The notes beneath the pieces were generated by a model that did no database searches, was not told the DNA's origin, and was given only the letters and a program-made list of their open reading frames with translations. A DNA stretch of 63,563 bases, filler included, from Octopus bimaculoides (lineage: Eukaryota): assembly GCF_001194135.2 (NCBI RefSeq). It is 7 parts of 6 records of this genome, joined end to end, with 100 filler letters (N's around TTAATTAATTAA, not from the genome) between each part and the next. Parts side by side here need not be neighbours in the genome. Positions count along the whole stretch, not along the records: positions 1 to 15,639 come from NC_068994.1; 6 more parts are not named here. One strand, 5' to 3'. The first letter of the stretch is position 1. Every line of letters starts with the position of its first letter. The translations under genes were made by a program, and so were the position numbers. Below are positions 1-14,795 of the stretch, in pieces.

Positions 1-984
1 TGATGTTATTCATCCCACTATAGCATTTTACATACGTTTTAGTTTTCCATCTTATTTTTAGTGTTCATTCGTTGACAGCATAAGGTTGAAGTATATACTT
101 ATGTGCTTTTTTTTTTTTTTCGCAGCATCAGTTTTGGAAATATTAACTGCGCGTGGCTTCCTATCTATAGCTATATTTCTAAAGGTTAGTAGGGATCTTA
201 TGATATGCCGATATATTGGCTCAATCTTAGGTATAATGGACTCTTTTCGCATTTTATTTTTCCTTCTTAACGCTATATTTTCTCGAATTTATGCTACTTT
301 TTTTCTTCTACTAATTTTTCTCCCCGGATTCAGCTTCTTACTATTTTCGCATTATTATTATCAACTCCATCATCATCACCGTCGTTGGTGTTGTCTTTGT
401 CATCGTTCTCATCGTCGTCGTCGTCATCATCATCATCATCATCGTGAATACCATATCATTATTAAGACATCAACGTCATCGTGTCATTGTCATCGGCATT
501 TCGTCATCATAAATAAATTATTTAAACAGTAGGACTAGATACCTTACAATATTTGTTGCTACTGCATTGTGAGTTCAAATATTCGCGAGGCATTTTGCTG
601 TTTATTATTCCAAGGAGAGACAAAAACCCGGCGAGCTGGAAGAACCTTTTGCACGACGCACACATTGTTTAGTATCATTTCGCCCGTCTTTACGTGCGAG
701 GGCGACTTTATATTTTATCTTTGCAGGGTCATATATATATTATTTTATTATTATATGGCAGCTGAGCAGTAAGGCTGAAGTAATTGACTGGCCCCTCCAA
801 AAAAATTCCAGGTCATGTACCTATGTAGGAAACAATTACTTGCAATCTCAGTTAATTAGTAAGGGTTGTACCTCTTTGCACACTGTTCTCTCATTAGCAA
901 AAAAAAAAAACATGCTATAACGTTGATACATTTGATTAATTATGAAATTTACATCTCTCATTCTCTCTCTAAACATATATACAT

Positions 985-1036
<52 letters not shown>

Positions 1037-1609
1037 NNNNNNNNNNNNNNNNNNNNNNNNNNNNNNNNNNNNNNNNNNNNNNNNNNNNNNNNNNNNNNNN
1101 NNNNNNNNNNNNNNNNNNNNNNNNNNNNNNNNNNNNNNNNNNNNNNNNNNNNNNNNNNNNNNNNNNNNNNNNNNNNNNNNNNNNNNNNNNNNNNNNNNNN
1201 NNNNNNNNNNNNNNNNNNNNNNNNNNNNNNNNNNNNNNNNNNNNNNNNNNNNNNNNNNNNNNNNNNNNNNNNNNNNNNNNNNNNNNNNNNNNNNNNNNNN
1301 NNNNNNNNNNNNNNNNNNNNNNNNNNNNNNNNNNNNNNNNNNNNNNNNNNNNNNNNNNNNNNNNNNNNNNNNNNNNNNNNNNNNNNNNNNNNNNNNNNNN
1401 NNNNNNNNNNNNNNNNNNNNNNNNNNNNNNNNNNNNNNNNNNNNNNNNNNNNNNNNNNNNNNNNNNNNNNNNNNNNNNNNNNNNNNNNNNNNNNNNNNNN
1501 NNNNNNNNNNNNNNNNNNNNNNNNNNNNNNNNNNNNNNNNNNNNNNNNNNNNNNNNNNNNNNNNNNNNNNNNNNNNNNNNNNNNNNNNNNNNNNNNNNNN
1601 NNNNNNNNN

Positions 1610-1652
<43 letters not shown>

Positions 1653-1793
1653 ATACGCTGTTATTTGCTATTTATTGATTGCGTAATTTATTGATTTTTG
1701 GAAGAGGGTTTTGGGGTATATTTGTTTTTCTAGATGTTTTTTAATGGCACATTTCATTGTTGAATATGTTAATAGTTGTTTTTTCCTCTAAAT

Positions 1794-1844
<51 letters not shown>

Positions 1845-2728
1845 ATACGTAGATATATATAAATATAACCATACATATTGTGTGTGAGTGCGTGTATGTA
1901 TGTATGTATGTATGTATGTATGCTATTTTATTCCTTTAATTTTATTCATCCAAATGTTTCATTCGTCAGACATTGGACATGCTTGTACCCCGGGTCGAAG
2001 GATTTAGTCGCACAAACACACACACACATTCACACACGCACACACAAGAACACTCAAATTTGTATGCATACATACACATGCAACAGAAAGGCGTATGCTC
2101 GTATGCGCATTCGCATCCACATACACATCTAAATTGCACAAATAAACAACCACAAACCCAAACAAATAATCGATGATGTCTGTCTGAAGCATTCAAGATT
2201 TCAGAAAAATAGTTATTAAGTTGCTCTAAGACAAATGAATGAATTATAAAATAACTTTCGCTTCGTCGGCACTATACCTAAAATATGAAAAAAGTTTATT
2301 AAGTGTTTGCATTGAATATAATACTTAACTGATTATCATATCCACCCTGGAGGCTTGACTGATGAAGTGGAATCGGTTGTAATCGAACTGAGAATGAAAA
2401 TGTCCGGTAGAAATAGGAAGCTATATATGTCTCGCCCATGAAAATGGTATTGCCAAACAACTAAAGTTTAACTGAGATTTATAGCTTATCATATATCGGG
2501 TGAAAGTAAGCCTTGAGTTGAGAAAAAGTTAGCCATAATCATCAGCTGATATCGAAACTCTCATCTCCTACTTTGCTATACAGCATGAGTTATATCGCGA
2601 TAGATATAATTAACTCTATGCACACAAACTGACGCATACAAGCGCAACGTGACACAGACACAGAGACGCATACACACACAGGCACACAGACATATATATG
2701 TATATATGCTTATACTTACATACATGTG

Positions 2729-2768
<40 letters not shown>

Positions 2769-2769
2769 A

Positions 2770-2828
<59 letters not shown>

Positions 2829-3344
2829 NNNNNNNNNNNNNNNNNNNNNNNNNNNNNNNNNNNNNNNNNNNNNNNNNNNNNNNNNNNNNNNNNTATGTAT
2901 ATATGTGTGTATGTACGTAAGTATATATGTATGTATTATGTGGATATGTAAATGCATATATACATGCATTTATACATATCTATGTATACCTATACTCACT
3001 TATATAAATATAGATATATATGTGTGAATATGCATATATATATGCATGTATCTATATATGTATGTATGTATATATGTATGTACGTAAGTATGTATGTCAG
3101 TATGTATGTATGTATGTATGTATGTATGTAGATATGTAAATGCATATATGCATATATTTATACATTAATACGTGCGTATATAGTATCTCTTCTACGCTGT
3201 ATCTGTTCAGTTTCATGAAGCAGAGTTATATTCATATCAATGACAACAGTATTGCATCGTACTTTGTTTACTACTCATGTAGGTTTCAGTCTCCGCTATT
3301 TCGTCAGATTATCTTGGCAAATTTTGGCATTTTACGTCATAATC

Positions 3345-3620
3345 GCAACCAGTATCTCTTCAATAACAATTCTATATATTAATCTCTGAGATCACATTCA
3401 GTATAACTGTGATAAAGCAGGGTATGAAAATTCTACTCATATCATCTATCACGCATCATATTTATTCTGAGATCTTTCTACAGCTTTCTTATATTTCTCA
3501 TATATTCCACACTATCATGATTAATTCTGCTTTATCTCGTTCCACATTTGACTTGTGTAATATATCTTTTATTTCTTTGGAGAATTGTGTAACAGGGTAA
3601 TCGATGAAAACAGGTAGGCT
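3345..3620 (-). pseudogene. Disrupted paralogue of 4683-4960
   Basis: KDILHKSNVERDKAELIMIVWNI, a 2-nt deletion, then EKYKKAVERSQNKYDA** with several stops. Confidence 0.45.
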
Positions 3621-4195
3621 GTAGGAAAATATGACACAAGGTGTTGGCTAATTGTGTCTGTAATTTTCGCTCCAAGTTCAAATTCCACTGGGGAAAATTA
3701 TACCTGATAATCATTTGTGCGTTACGTTGTATGATTGTCACAATTCTTTAGGCATGGAACTTTCTGTATTACATACATGCACAAACACATATGCATATGT
3801 GTGTGTATATGCGTATATATAATATATATACATATATATGTACTCACACACACACACACACAGAGAGAGGAAGAAAGAATAAGATAAATACATAGACAGA
3901 AATAGATACACACACACACACATATATATATANNNNNNNNNNNNNNNNNNNNNNNNNNNNNNNNNNNNNNNNNNNNNNNNNNNNNNNNNNNNNNNNNNNN
4001 NNNNNNNNNNNNNNNNNNNNNNNNNNNNNNNNNNNNNNNNNNNNNNNNNNNNNNNNNNNNNNNNNNNNNNNNNNNNNNNNNNNNNNNNNNNNNNNNNNNN
4101 NNNNNNNNNNNNNNNNNNNNNNNNNNNNNNNNNTATATATCTAGCCTACCTGTTTTGATCAATTGCTATGTTACACAATTTGGATTTTTATCCCT

Positions 4196-4232
<37 letters not shown>

Positions 4233-4682
4233 TATATGAATATCTGATTTATGTCAAGGTGAAGGTTTGCTTCCGTCCGAAATTATGTAGTAATAATAGC
4301 AAAGGACTGACCCCCTCAGGTATTTCCTGTGATATGATAGTTGATGTGACCTCTTTTGCCTCTCACTTTCACTCTATCTTCCCTGTCTACCTGTTTATCA
4401 CTCTATGAATCTCTGTATCGCACTCACACGCACATATATACTCTATACCTATCTGTCTATCTACCTATCTATCTATATGTGTATGTCTATAAGTTTCGTG
4501 TCTGGATCTGTGTTAATGTCTAAAGGTATAGGCATAAATAGCAATATGCACATGCGCGCGCGCACACACACGCACACACATATATTAACCATTAAATTTT
4601 CACTTCAATGATTTGTCTATTGTAGCTTACTTTGGATGAAATGAACCTTGTCATCCCGTTTTGTTATTTGGTCAAATTAATT

Positions 4683-4960
4683 TTACACCATTGGGACACT
4701 ACATCGCATGCACCACAATATCAATTGAATAAGTTTCTCTGCATTGATATCAGAATCGCTTTCTGTTATACTTGATAACACACGGTACGAAAATTCTAAT
4801 AAACTGGTGAGTAACGCATCATAATTGTGGAATGATATTTCTACGGCCTTCTGATAATTCTCATATATATTCCGCACTATCGGGATTAATTCTTGTTTAT
4901 CTCCGCCTACATTAGCCTTCTGAAATATGTCTCTTTTCTCCAAGAATGTCGGAATATATC
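4683..4960 (-). pseudogene. Coding-like segment of unknown family, paralogous to 3345-3620
   Basis: Open frame FLEKRDIFQKANVGGDKQELIPIVRNIYENYQKAVE...; nucleotide similarity to 3345-3620 is visible by eye. Confidence 0.45.
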
Positions 4961-6149
4961 ACAACTCGTGACTGTTTTGATATATGCAATTTCATCATAT
5001 CTTGTTTACTGAAGTTGTTTTGCTTGTTCTCCCCCCCATTACTTTACTGCAATCTAAAGATAATATAAAAATATTCAAAATGTATATCATAAATACACCG
5101 ATAAATAAATACGTACATGCATGCACACATGAGTCCCTGTGAGTGTTTACAGGCGTGCGTNNNNNNNNNNNNNNNNNNNNNNNNNNNNNNNNNNNNNNNN
5201 NNNNNNNNNNNNNNNNNNNNNNNNNNNNNNNNNNNNNNNNNNNNNNNNNNNNNNNNNNNNNNNNNNNNNNNNNNNNNNNNNNNNNNNNNNNNNNNNNNNN
5301 NNNNNNNNNNNNNNNNNNNNNNNNNNNNNNNNNNNNNNNNNNNNNNNNNNNNNNNNNNNNNNNNNNNNNNNNNNNNNNNNNNNNNNNNNNNNNNNNNNNN
5401 NNNNNNNNNNNNNNNNNNNNNNNNNNNNNNNNNNNNNNNNNNNNNNNNNNNNNNNNNNNNNNNNNNNNNNNNNNNNNNNNNNNNNNNNNNNNNNNNNNNN
5501 NNNNNNNNNNNNNNNNNNNNNNNNNNNNNNNNNNNNNNNNNNNNNNNNNNNNNNNNNNNNNNNNNNNNNNNNNNNNNNNNNNNNNNNNNNNNNNNNNNNN
5601 NNNNNNNNNNNNNNNNNNNNNNNNNNNNNNNNNNNNNNNNNNNNNNNNNNNNNNNNNNNNNNNNNNNNNNNNNNNNNNNNNNNNNNNNNNNNNNNNNNNN
5701 NNNNNNNNNNNNNNNNNNNNNNNNNNNNNNNNNNNNNNNNNNNNNNNNNNNNNNNNNNNNNNNNNNNNNNNNNNNNNNNNNNNNNNNNNNNNNNNNNNNN
5801 NNNNNNNNNNNNNNNNNNNNNNNNNNNNNNNNNNNNNNNNNNNNNNNNNNNNNNNNNNNNNNNNNNNNNNNNNNNNNNNNNNNNNNNNNNNNNNNNNNNN
5901 NNNNNNNNNNNNNNNNNNNNNNNNNNNNNNNNNNNNNNNNNNNNNNNNNNNNNNNNNNNNNNNNNNNNNNNNNNNNNNNNNNNNNNNNNNNNNNNNNNNN
6001 NNNNNNNNNNNNNNNNNNNNNNNNNNNNNNNNNNNNNNNNNNNNNNNNNNNNNNNNNNNNNNNNNNNNNNNNNNNNNNNNNNNNNNNNNNNNNNNNNNNN
6101 NNNNNNNNNNNNNNNNNNNNNNNNNNNNNNNTATGTCTGTGTTTATGTT

Positions 6150-6186
<37 letters not shown>

Positions 6187-6510
6187 ATAAATTTACATAT
6201 TTTATGGACCCCAAAATGAATTCGAATTCAGAGACAGAGGAAATGCTGCAAGGCCTTTTTGTTAGACGCTCTAACAATCTACCAGCTCACCGCATTGCAC
6301 ATATCCCTATCGCAATGATATGACACGAATCAAATGTCTTTATCAAGGTGATATTCACTACAAAAATAATCACGCGCGTCATGATATAGGTTACCATCCA
6401 GAATGAAAACCGTAGAATTTGTTGCTTGGACAAGTAAACGCTGTCGGATTTGAACGTAGCACGTTAGATTACGAATGTGAATGCAGCAATAATTATAAGA
6501 AATCTGGAAA

Positions 6511-6982
6511 GCGGTGAGCTGGTGCAATTTTACCACGCTGTACAAAGTACTCAGCTTTGATTTGCCTGACTTTAGGCTTTGAGTTCAAACTCCACGGCGT
6601 TCAACCTTTCCTTCCATCCTTTCGTGGGGTATAAACTAAGTATAGTTGAGCACTGGGGTCGATGTAATCGCCTCGACGTATCGCACGTAATTCCTGGACC
6701 TGCGACAAACAATTGAAACTATTATGAAGATATATCTTTTTCCTTCTTCCACAATTAAATGGTCCCATATTTGTTACATGATTAAGGCTGCCAAATGAGA
6801 GAAGCGATAGCACGCCGGGAGGAAAAATGGTTAATGGCATTTCGTCCGTCTTAAGTCTTGATTTCAATTATCATCTTGATTTAAATTTCCGGGGTCGATA
6901 AAATAATTGCCACTTGATAATTACCGGTTGATTTACCCTTCATCCCAAATTGCTGCCTCTGTGCCGAAATTTGAAACCAATG
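6511..6982 (+). mobile_element. Two tandem decayed copies of SINE family A (6511-6724, 6787-6982)
   Basis: Share gcggtgagctgg, gagttcaaa (B-box-like), ggggtcgat and the aaatttgaaaccaat tail. Confidence 0.7.
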
Positions 6983-8509
6983 TTTGTTAATTTATTAATA
7001 GCAATTATGGTTTGTTGACAGAATCAAGAAATAATGTGCCAGTGTGGTAATGTTTTAAATTTAAATGAATACAATCTTACTTCTCAAAAATGCTTGTCTG
7101 GTGCACATAGGAAAAACATTTACTAACATTTATGTTATTATCCATTCTTGCATTCATTTTCGACTTTGTAAATCATTACTTCTTACATGATTATACAACA
7201 TAACATTAGAAACTAAAAAAAATATACTAGAAATATATAGACGGATGTAATTATGAATCAAATATGTAACTAATACTTAAAAATTCTGCAGAATTGTATC
7301 TCTCAATCATAATTTTTCAATTGTTGTATTACTTTCAGCAAATCATTTCCAATAATTAATGCAGCTAAAGCAAGACTTAGTTTTCTTATATTAGAATATG
7401 AATCATATATGAATAATAAACATGTATATCTCCTCAGCAAATGTATTTTTTAATAAGTGCATATATTCAAAATCTGGAATGAAAGTTGTATAACTTAAAT
7501 ATAATGATTGATATTTGCATGATTCCTCATAAATTATGCAACAAGTGACAAAAACCGCCGAAATATACAACACATATCTAAATATTCTTTTCTACTCCAG
7601 GCACAAGGCTCGAAATTTTGGGGGAGGGGCCAGTCGATTAAGTCGACTTCTGTCTAACACGTTCGATCTATAATGATTATTTACCAGTAAATAACATTTT
7701 CAAATTATAATACATGGGGTACCTTTTATTGGACAGAGGGCTGTAAATTGAGCATGAACTGGCTACTGTTTCTAGTTCTTTCTGCGGCACTTTTATTGGT
7801 CTGAATGTGTCGCTTCTAGATTATTTAGTTCAAATTTTCAGAAAAAAGATATCATTGACTTCTAAACTTTGCAATGAAAATGTTTTCTTCTGAATGAACA
7901 AAAATTTGAGAAGCATTATACCTGGATTGCTAGCAACTACATAAGAGAAATCATAAGTCTGACTATGAGACTGTACATAGGCATTGTATATGTGTGTGTG
8001 TGAATGCGTGTGTGTTTGTGTATATCTATAATATATAAGATACTTTAGGCTTCCGACTGTGATAATATATTACGATGTGAATATATTACATAAAATTGTT
8101 CGATGGCATATGCTAGCTAATGTAGAGAGAAATCGCCTACGGTTCGTCTGAGGAACGTTCAAGACACCTCGAACCCCTGGATAAGGAATGGGATCAGCAT
8201 TTTCTTCTGCATACGGAAAGCGGTGCAGGGATGTGATTACATTCTGATAATGCACCCTAACAAGTATGCTTTCTAAAGTATATCTATATATACAGATATT
8301 TCCATATGAATAGTAGCATATAGGCATACGCATATGTGCACTCTCTATATCATAACTAGTATTATTGTTTAGTACAGTGGTTGACTAATAATAATACGAG
8401 AGGCTGACTGTATAGTTATAATACTACGTGGAGTACTAATTCAGAGATTAGTATTGATACACCTAACTGTGAATAATAATACTTACAGATGTGTATGTTC
8501 ATATCAGTT

Positions 8510-8574
<65 letters not shown>

Positions 8575-9289
8575 TGATATATATGAATGTGCACATATAC
8601 GTTACAGTAGTAAATCAATATCATGCCACTCCGCTGAAGAGATTTTATGCTCATTTTTTTAATTTTTTTGTTTTTTATTTGCCATTCTTCACCTCTTCAA
8701 AACCTTATCATATACACGAATATTTTTTATTGAAGATCTGTTTTCATAAAATGTGTTTGTTTTAAATTTATCTTTATAAATGATTGATGTGAGATGATGC
8801 TCTTTACAAATCCATTACAATTTTAGTTTCCCTTGGGCAATTGTGACAAGTTCATATCCCCAGAGTATCAACTAATTATAATTTAATTCTAAATCTGATT
8901 GTGATGTTACTTATGAATTTAATATTGTTAGCTGTCTATAAGTATATCACTGTCAGAGAACAAACAATATGATTTATCAGTTGAATTTAACGTAGTTATT
9001 CACTTCATGTACGACATATTTTGCTTTAAATCTGTTATTTTTTTGCTTTACAACTATTATTCTAACTAGTTATTTCGAATCATTATTTATTTTACATAGT
9101 AGTATTTCTCAAGTTAACGAAATGCATCACCTTCAACGTGTGTGGCTGACATTGCTTGGAATTCGTGTTCCCTGCGTTTAATAAACTTTCAACTTCAGGT
9201 AAGAACCTGGAATTTGGTGTATAGAGTAGTGGGGTCGATGTAATTGTATAGCCCCCGCAAAATGTTCTGCCCTTATACTTGTAGTAGAT

Positions 9290-9423
9290 AGTAGCGGTAT
9301 TTCGTCTGTCACTACGTACTGAGTTCAAATTCCGGCGAGGTAGACTTTGCCTTTCATTTTTTCAGGGTCGATAAATTAAGTACCATAGAAGTAGTGGGGT
9401 CGATGCGATCGACTAGTACTCTC
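9290..9423 (+). mobile_element. SINE family A, partial
   Basis: ctgagttcaaattccggcgaggtagactttgcctttcat...gtcgataaattaagtacc. Confidence 0.75.
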
Positions 9424-9752
9424 NNNNNNNNNNNNNNNNNNNNNNNNNNNNNNNNNNNNNNNNNNNNNNNNNNNNNNNNNNNNNNNNNNNNNNNNNNNNN
9501 NNNNNNNNNNNNNNNNNNNNNNNNNNNNNNNNNNNNNNNNNNNNNNNNNNNNNNNNNNNNNNNNNNNNNNNNNNNNNNNNNNNNNNNNNNNNNNNNNNNN
9601 NNNNNNNNNNNNNNNNNNNNNNNNNNNNNNNNNNNNNNNNNNNNNNNNNNNNNNNNNNNNNNNNNNNNNNNNNNNNNNNNNNNNNNNNNNNNNNNNNNNN
9701 NNNNNNNNNNNNNNNNNNNNNNNNNNNNNNNNNNNNNNNNNNATAACGTGAT

Positions 9753-10058
9753 TTCACTTCACTACGGAACGCAGCTCTGTGTACCTTGGGTATGTGCTGT
9801 GGTTTGTTGTGATGCTCTTATGGTTACTGTATTGAAAGTGTCTTGCGTAGAATGTGTGCAGTGCCCAGTAGTGCAATTTTCTGTATGTTATATATATTTG
9901 TAACTCCTGGCGTTTTTGTTATGTATTTGTCTGAATATTTTTTTCATTATACCTAAGGTGCATACTATGATAGGAATTGTTTCTGTTTTTAGATTCCACA
10001 TTCGAGTTACCTCTATTTGCAGATCTGTGTATTTTAGAAATTATGGTTAGTGGATATC
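9753..10058 (-). mobile_element. 3' end of an R4/Dong-clade (RLE-type) LINE
   Basis: Translates as KYTDLQIEVTRMWNLKTETIPIIV.TLGIMKK/YSDKYITKTPG...IQKIALLGTAHILRKTLSIQ* (one frameshift), then a 3' UTR running into a gap. KYxDL..E..RMW, PIIVGALG and QK..LLGTA.ILRK are typical R4-clade C-terminal motifs. Confidence 0.85.
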
Positions 10059-10591
10059 ATGTATAGAATTATTTCGTTCGTTTTAGAAATCTGCAGCATG
10101 GCATCAGACGCATTAGAGAATTATCGGACAACCAATTTCACTAAGGGACGTATATTACCCCACATTTATGAAGAGAAGAAAGAATGAGATACTCATTCGT
10201 TAATTGAGCGTATTTCATGATTCTTTGTTTAATGAAGGTAATTATTGAATCTGAAATTTAGAAGATATATTCGAGCAAAAAAATAAAAAAATAAAAACAA
10301 TCGTCAACAAATCAAATACAATCAGATAATAACCCGTATATGTATAAAATATGCTTTCTTTCTGAGTGAATCAATTGTATGTTTATTGTAATGTAGAATA
10401 CAAAAATATTTTCATATGGCAATTAGTTGTTGCAAATAACGATATTAAGTGAACACGAATAATTAGAAATATGTTATTAAAATTGTTGAGCTCTTCTTTC
10501 GTCAACTTGAATTAATCATATACGTGTCATATACGTGTTATATACGTGTGTATGTGTGTGTAAGTAGGTTTGTTCATTGCACTACCTATAC

Positions 10592-10641
<50 letters not shown>

Positions 10642-10846
10642 NNNNNNNNNNNNNNNNNNNNNNNNNNNNNNNNNNNNNNNNNNNNNNNNNNNNNNNNNNN
10701 NNNNNNNNNNNNNNNNNNNNNNNNNNNNNNNNNNNNNNNNNNNNNNNNNNNNNNNNNNNNNNNNNNNNNNNNNNNNNNNNNNNNNNNNNNNNNNNNNNNN
10801 NNNNNNNNNNNNNNNNNNNNNNNNNNNNNNNNNNNNNNNNNNNNNN

Positions 10847-10878
<32 letters not shown>

Positions 10879-13480
10879 GGGAAAATGATTGGGACAAAGG
10901 AAATGAGAAGAGAATGAGAGGACTGCTTTCATACATACATGGCACGATGTTGATTATAGCCCCCTTAAGAATTGATATCAGTTTATCGTTTGTGATACAC
11001 ATTTGCAATCATCAATCAATCGAAAGGCAAACTCTGTTTTAGTTATTATGTTCTTTATAACATAGAATTTATGCTGTTCGTTTAGATATGGATATTCTTA
11101 ATTATTATAATTAATATTTCAACAACATTTTATTTTTGGATTTTAATTATGCAATATCTGCAATATGTAGAATCCCTATCTCATAATATACACAGACGCT
11201 ATAGGGCGAGGGAAGAAGAAAATGTATACAGGAAGAAAGAGGGAACGAACGAAGTTAAAGGCAAAAAGAAGGACCGAGCAAAAAGAGAATAGATGATACG
11301 TGGAAAGAATAGATGAAGGGAAGAATATGGGTTATGGGAAGTAACAGTAAAGAATAAAAATACGTTGCAGAAATCATTATTAGATGAGGGACGCAAAAGT
11401 GTATTTTTTCCAATGTAACACCAGTAAACTCGTTCATTAATGGCGTTTACCAGTTTATGTGTAGAAAGAGGATAAATAGTGGCTTGTCCGTAAAGAGAAG
11501 ACCAAAAGTGTTCCTTTCTCAGTATTGGACTCACGATTGTAAGCGTGTGATTTCCATCCCAGGGTCTACCGAGGCTTTTCTCCTCAAGAAGTTATATTTT
11601 TCATCTTCCTTCCATTTCGTCTGGTGATAATGAATACTAGTGACCTAATGCTCATACAATCGTCCCTTAAATCATACCTTTAATATTGAACTATGAGTGA
11701 GATGAGAGGAATTATTGTATACCTACATTTGCTCGCGACTACATATGTACCTAAAGCTCTTTGTAGAAAACATGGTGGAGGCTATAATCTCATACAATCA
11801 TTTGTGGGATTACTATGGATTGCCATATACACAAACATAAGAATTTATGCATGTTTGTATGTATATTGTATGTATCTATTTTAATCTATATATGCATGTG
11901 TTGTATGTATATGTGTACAAATAGCTGATCATATAATATCATTCTGAAATTAATTTAATGCAATTTCTTTCTACTCAGTTTCGCGGCTCAGTATTTTAAT
12001 GTATTCTAAATGTGTGTGTTAATTTACTTATACTGCATCCCATTAATGGATTGCAGCTAATTCCACGTTTCATAAATACTATATTTCGTTAAGCAGAGAG
12101 GGGCAATATCTTAAAAATGTTAGTTAGTTCACTCATTAAATATCATCGAAAATCAAGTAGCAAAAATCACAACAGATCAATATTTGAACATTACAACTAT
12201 TCTATCAAAATAAGAAATGTTCCTTTCCTGGGCCGTTGCTCATTGAATGTAAGTGTTTACCGGTTGCTTTTTTTTTGTTTTGCCGGCAAAATATATCAAG
12301 GATAATATTATTTAATGTTAACCCGCTTTAGTATATTATTTTTAGCAGATCATGTATTCCTGTATCAATTCATTTGCCGATGGTTCCAACTTATTAAGTA
12401 AACACTATTACAACCGTCGCCAGTTAATTAATTTACAAATTTAAGTTTCTTATATGTAATTACATTTAATCGGATTATGAGTTATTTGCGAACGAATTTG
12501 CGAGTAGAATATCTTCATCATAGAAACATTCGTAAATTGGAGGGATTTATAGTTTTGGCAATATTGTACCTTATTAATTATGTATATATTTACGAACATA
12601 CCTATGTTCAGACATCATCAGCTAATTGGCTTAGAAATTTAAGTTTCTTAAATTTAATTCCACCCTGCTGGATTATGAATAATGAACGTATAACCCCTCC
12701 CCCCCGCCTAAACGCTAACCTTACTAGCAGAATGGTATAGATGTTTGCGCTACCTGCAAGCTAAAATAAGCAAAGGCCAATGGTAGGAATATATGCTTTA
12801 CTTCGATATGATTGTTACATCATAACTTCTCTTGAAAACAAAGCATTTCCTGTTATGACGAAGAGATAACTACTAAATATCTGATCAACAAGAGAGATAT
12901 GAATGTTTGTAAAACTTTCCATTGCGAGAGAAATTGTCAATGATACAAACCAGTGTGGAAATTGTCATCTACGTCATCATCAGCTGCCCCAAAACGTCCG
13001 AATGATACTGCACCTTTCCTACGCAGAAAGGATAATTCTGATGGTCGTAACAGAGCTATACTGCATTCACATTAACAAAACAGCAATATATCCTTGTTAG
13101 TGACTAACTTGAATTCTGTAAAGGAAATCCTTCTATCATATCCGAAAGATATCATTCTCACATAACACGTATATATCTATATATATATTAGAAATGGTCT
13201 AATTATAAATCTCACAGAGAGAATTAAGCAGCAGTGTTATGATAAAGCACTTGTATAATGTCAACTAATGTGACAGTTCCAATAAGGGAATCATACTGCT
13301 GGTATTTAGCCCTAGGAAGCTGGACCGCTTCCTATTGGCCTTGACACATTTCCTGTGTCCTTATATTTGCGAGGGGGAGACAAGCACCCCCACCCATCCC
13401 AGTGTGCATTCAGGGATATGTTTCTGAGTCATTGCTCGTCATCAACCTGAAGTAGCAAACGGAATAATTACACTATATAA

Positions 13481-13717
13481 AATTTGTTTCTACTGTAGGC
13501 ACAAGGCCCGAATTTTTTTTTTTTTTTTTTTGGTTGGGTGGGGGCAGTCGATCAGATCAACTGGCCACTAAGCAACTGGTACTTAATTTATCGACGCGGA
13601 ATGGATGCACGGCCAAGTCGACCATCGGCGGAATTTGAACCCAGAACGTAAAGACAGACGAAATACCGCTAAGCATTTCGCCAGGAGTGCTAACGTTTCT
13701 GCCAACTCATCGCCTTA
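13481..13717 (-). mobile_element. SINE family A, full length
   Basis: Reverse complement of the family A head (ggcgatgagttggcagaaacgttagcac), body and tail (gccttgtgcctacagtagaaac). Confidence 0.82.
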
Positions 13718-14307
13718 TACGTATATACAATAAAAGCAATAAAATACAAACAGGAAAAGACTTTTCGTCTCTCAAGACAGATCTAATGATGAAACACAAA
13801 GAAATGGTCTTTAGGGGTAGGTCACAAAACATGTATAAATATTCGTTGGACTTCCACACACTTTCTATTAATCATTCACCAGAAATATTGTAAAAACAAT
13901 ATACACGAGGTTTCACTCATTGGAACTGAACCCTGAATTCCATGGTTGCAAATAGAGATTCTGAACGACACAATCATGTTTATACTTATATGTGGGTGTG
14001 GTTTTCTGTTGAAAGATATACACGTGATTAATTTATTTATAAGTCGTTTTATAATTTTGCGTATCTGTTCTGAGATTCTAAAGCAACAAAAGACAACACA
14101 GATGTTCATATTCCCGTGTATTATATATTAACAATAATTAAGTGAGATTGAAATTTTATTGAACAAAATACAATAACCCTTTTCAATATTTTTGTCTACT
14201 GAAATATAGAACACAATGAAACAAAGACTAAATAAATATTTTCCTAGAGGGAGAAAGACTAGCAGCAATAGAAGGCGGGGTGGGCAACACGCATACGCAC
14301 ACACAAG

Positions 14308-14343
<36 letters not shown>

Positions 14344-14502
14344 CATAGATATTTTATGTGTGTGTAAGTGTAAGCATTACGCACATACATATATATCATG
14401 CACTCTTACACATGTTGTCATAAAAAATTACGGCCAAGTACAATATATATGAGTGTGTGTGTTTGTGTACGCGTGTGTTTGTGTGTGTAATATTTATGTA
14501 TT

Positions 14503-14777
14503 CCCAGCCACACAGTTCCGAGTTCAGTACCTTGGGCATGTGTCTTCTACTATATCCTCGGGCCAACCAAATCCTTGTGAGTGCATTTGGTAGATTGAAA
14601 CTGAAAGAACCCCTTCGTATATATGCGTGTGTGTGAGTGTGTGGGTGTGCGTGCGTATGTTTGCCCCCTCCCACTCACCATCGCTTAACAACTGATGCTA
14701 GTGAGTTTTCTTTTGTCACTGCAACTTAGCGAGCGGTTTGGCAAAAGGGTCTGATAGAATAAGTACTAGGCTTACAA
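14503..14777 (+). mobile_element. SINE family D (internal microsatellite), decayed
   Basis: ccttgggca.gtgtcttctactata.cctcgggcc...gaaactgaaagaa, a GT tract, then ggcaaaag...gatagaataagtactaggcttacaaa. Confidence 0.78.
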
Positions 14778-14795
14778 ATTTTAAGGATTGCATTT

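Noticed and set aside
2355-2410. CTGATGA ... GAAA as a hammerhead
   Set aside because: No stem I or stem II pairing could be formed.
11199-11534. ORF containing VYWCYIG as a GIY-YIG motif
   Set aside because: The spacing is wrong, the downstream Arg/Glu/Asn motifs are missing, and the rest is low-complexity purine/pyrimidine-biased sequence.
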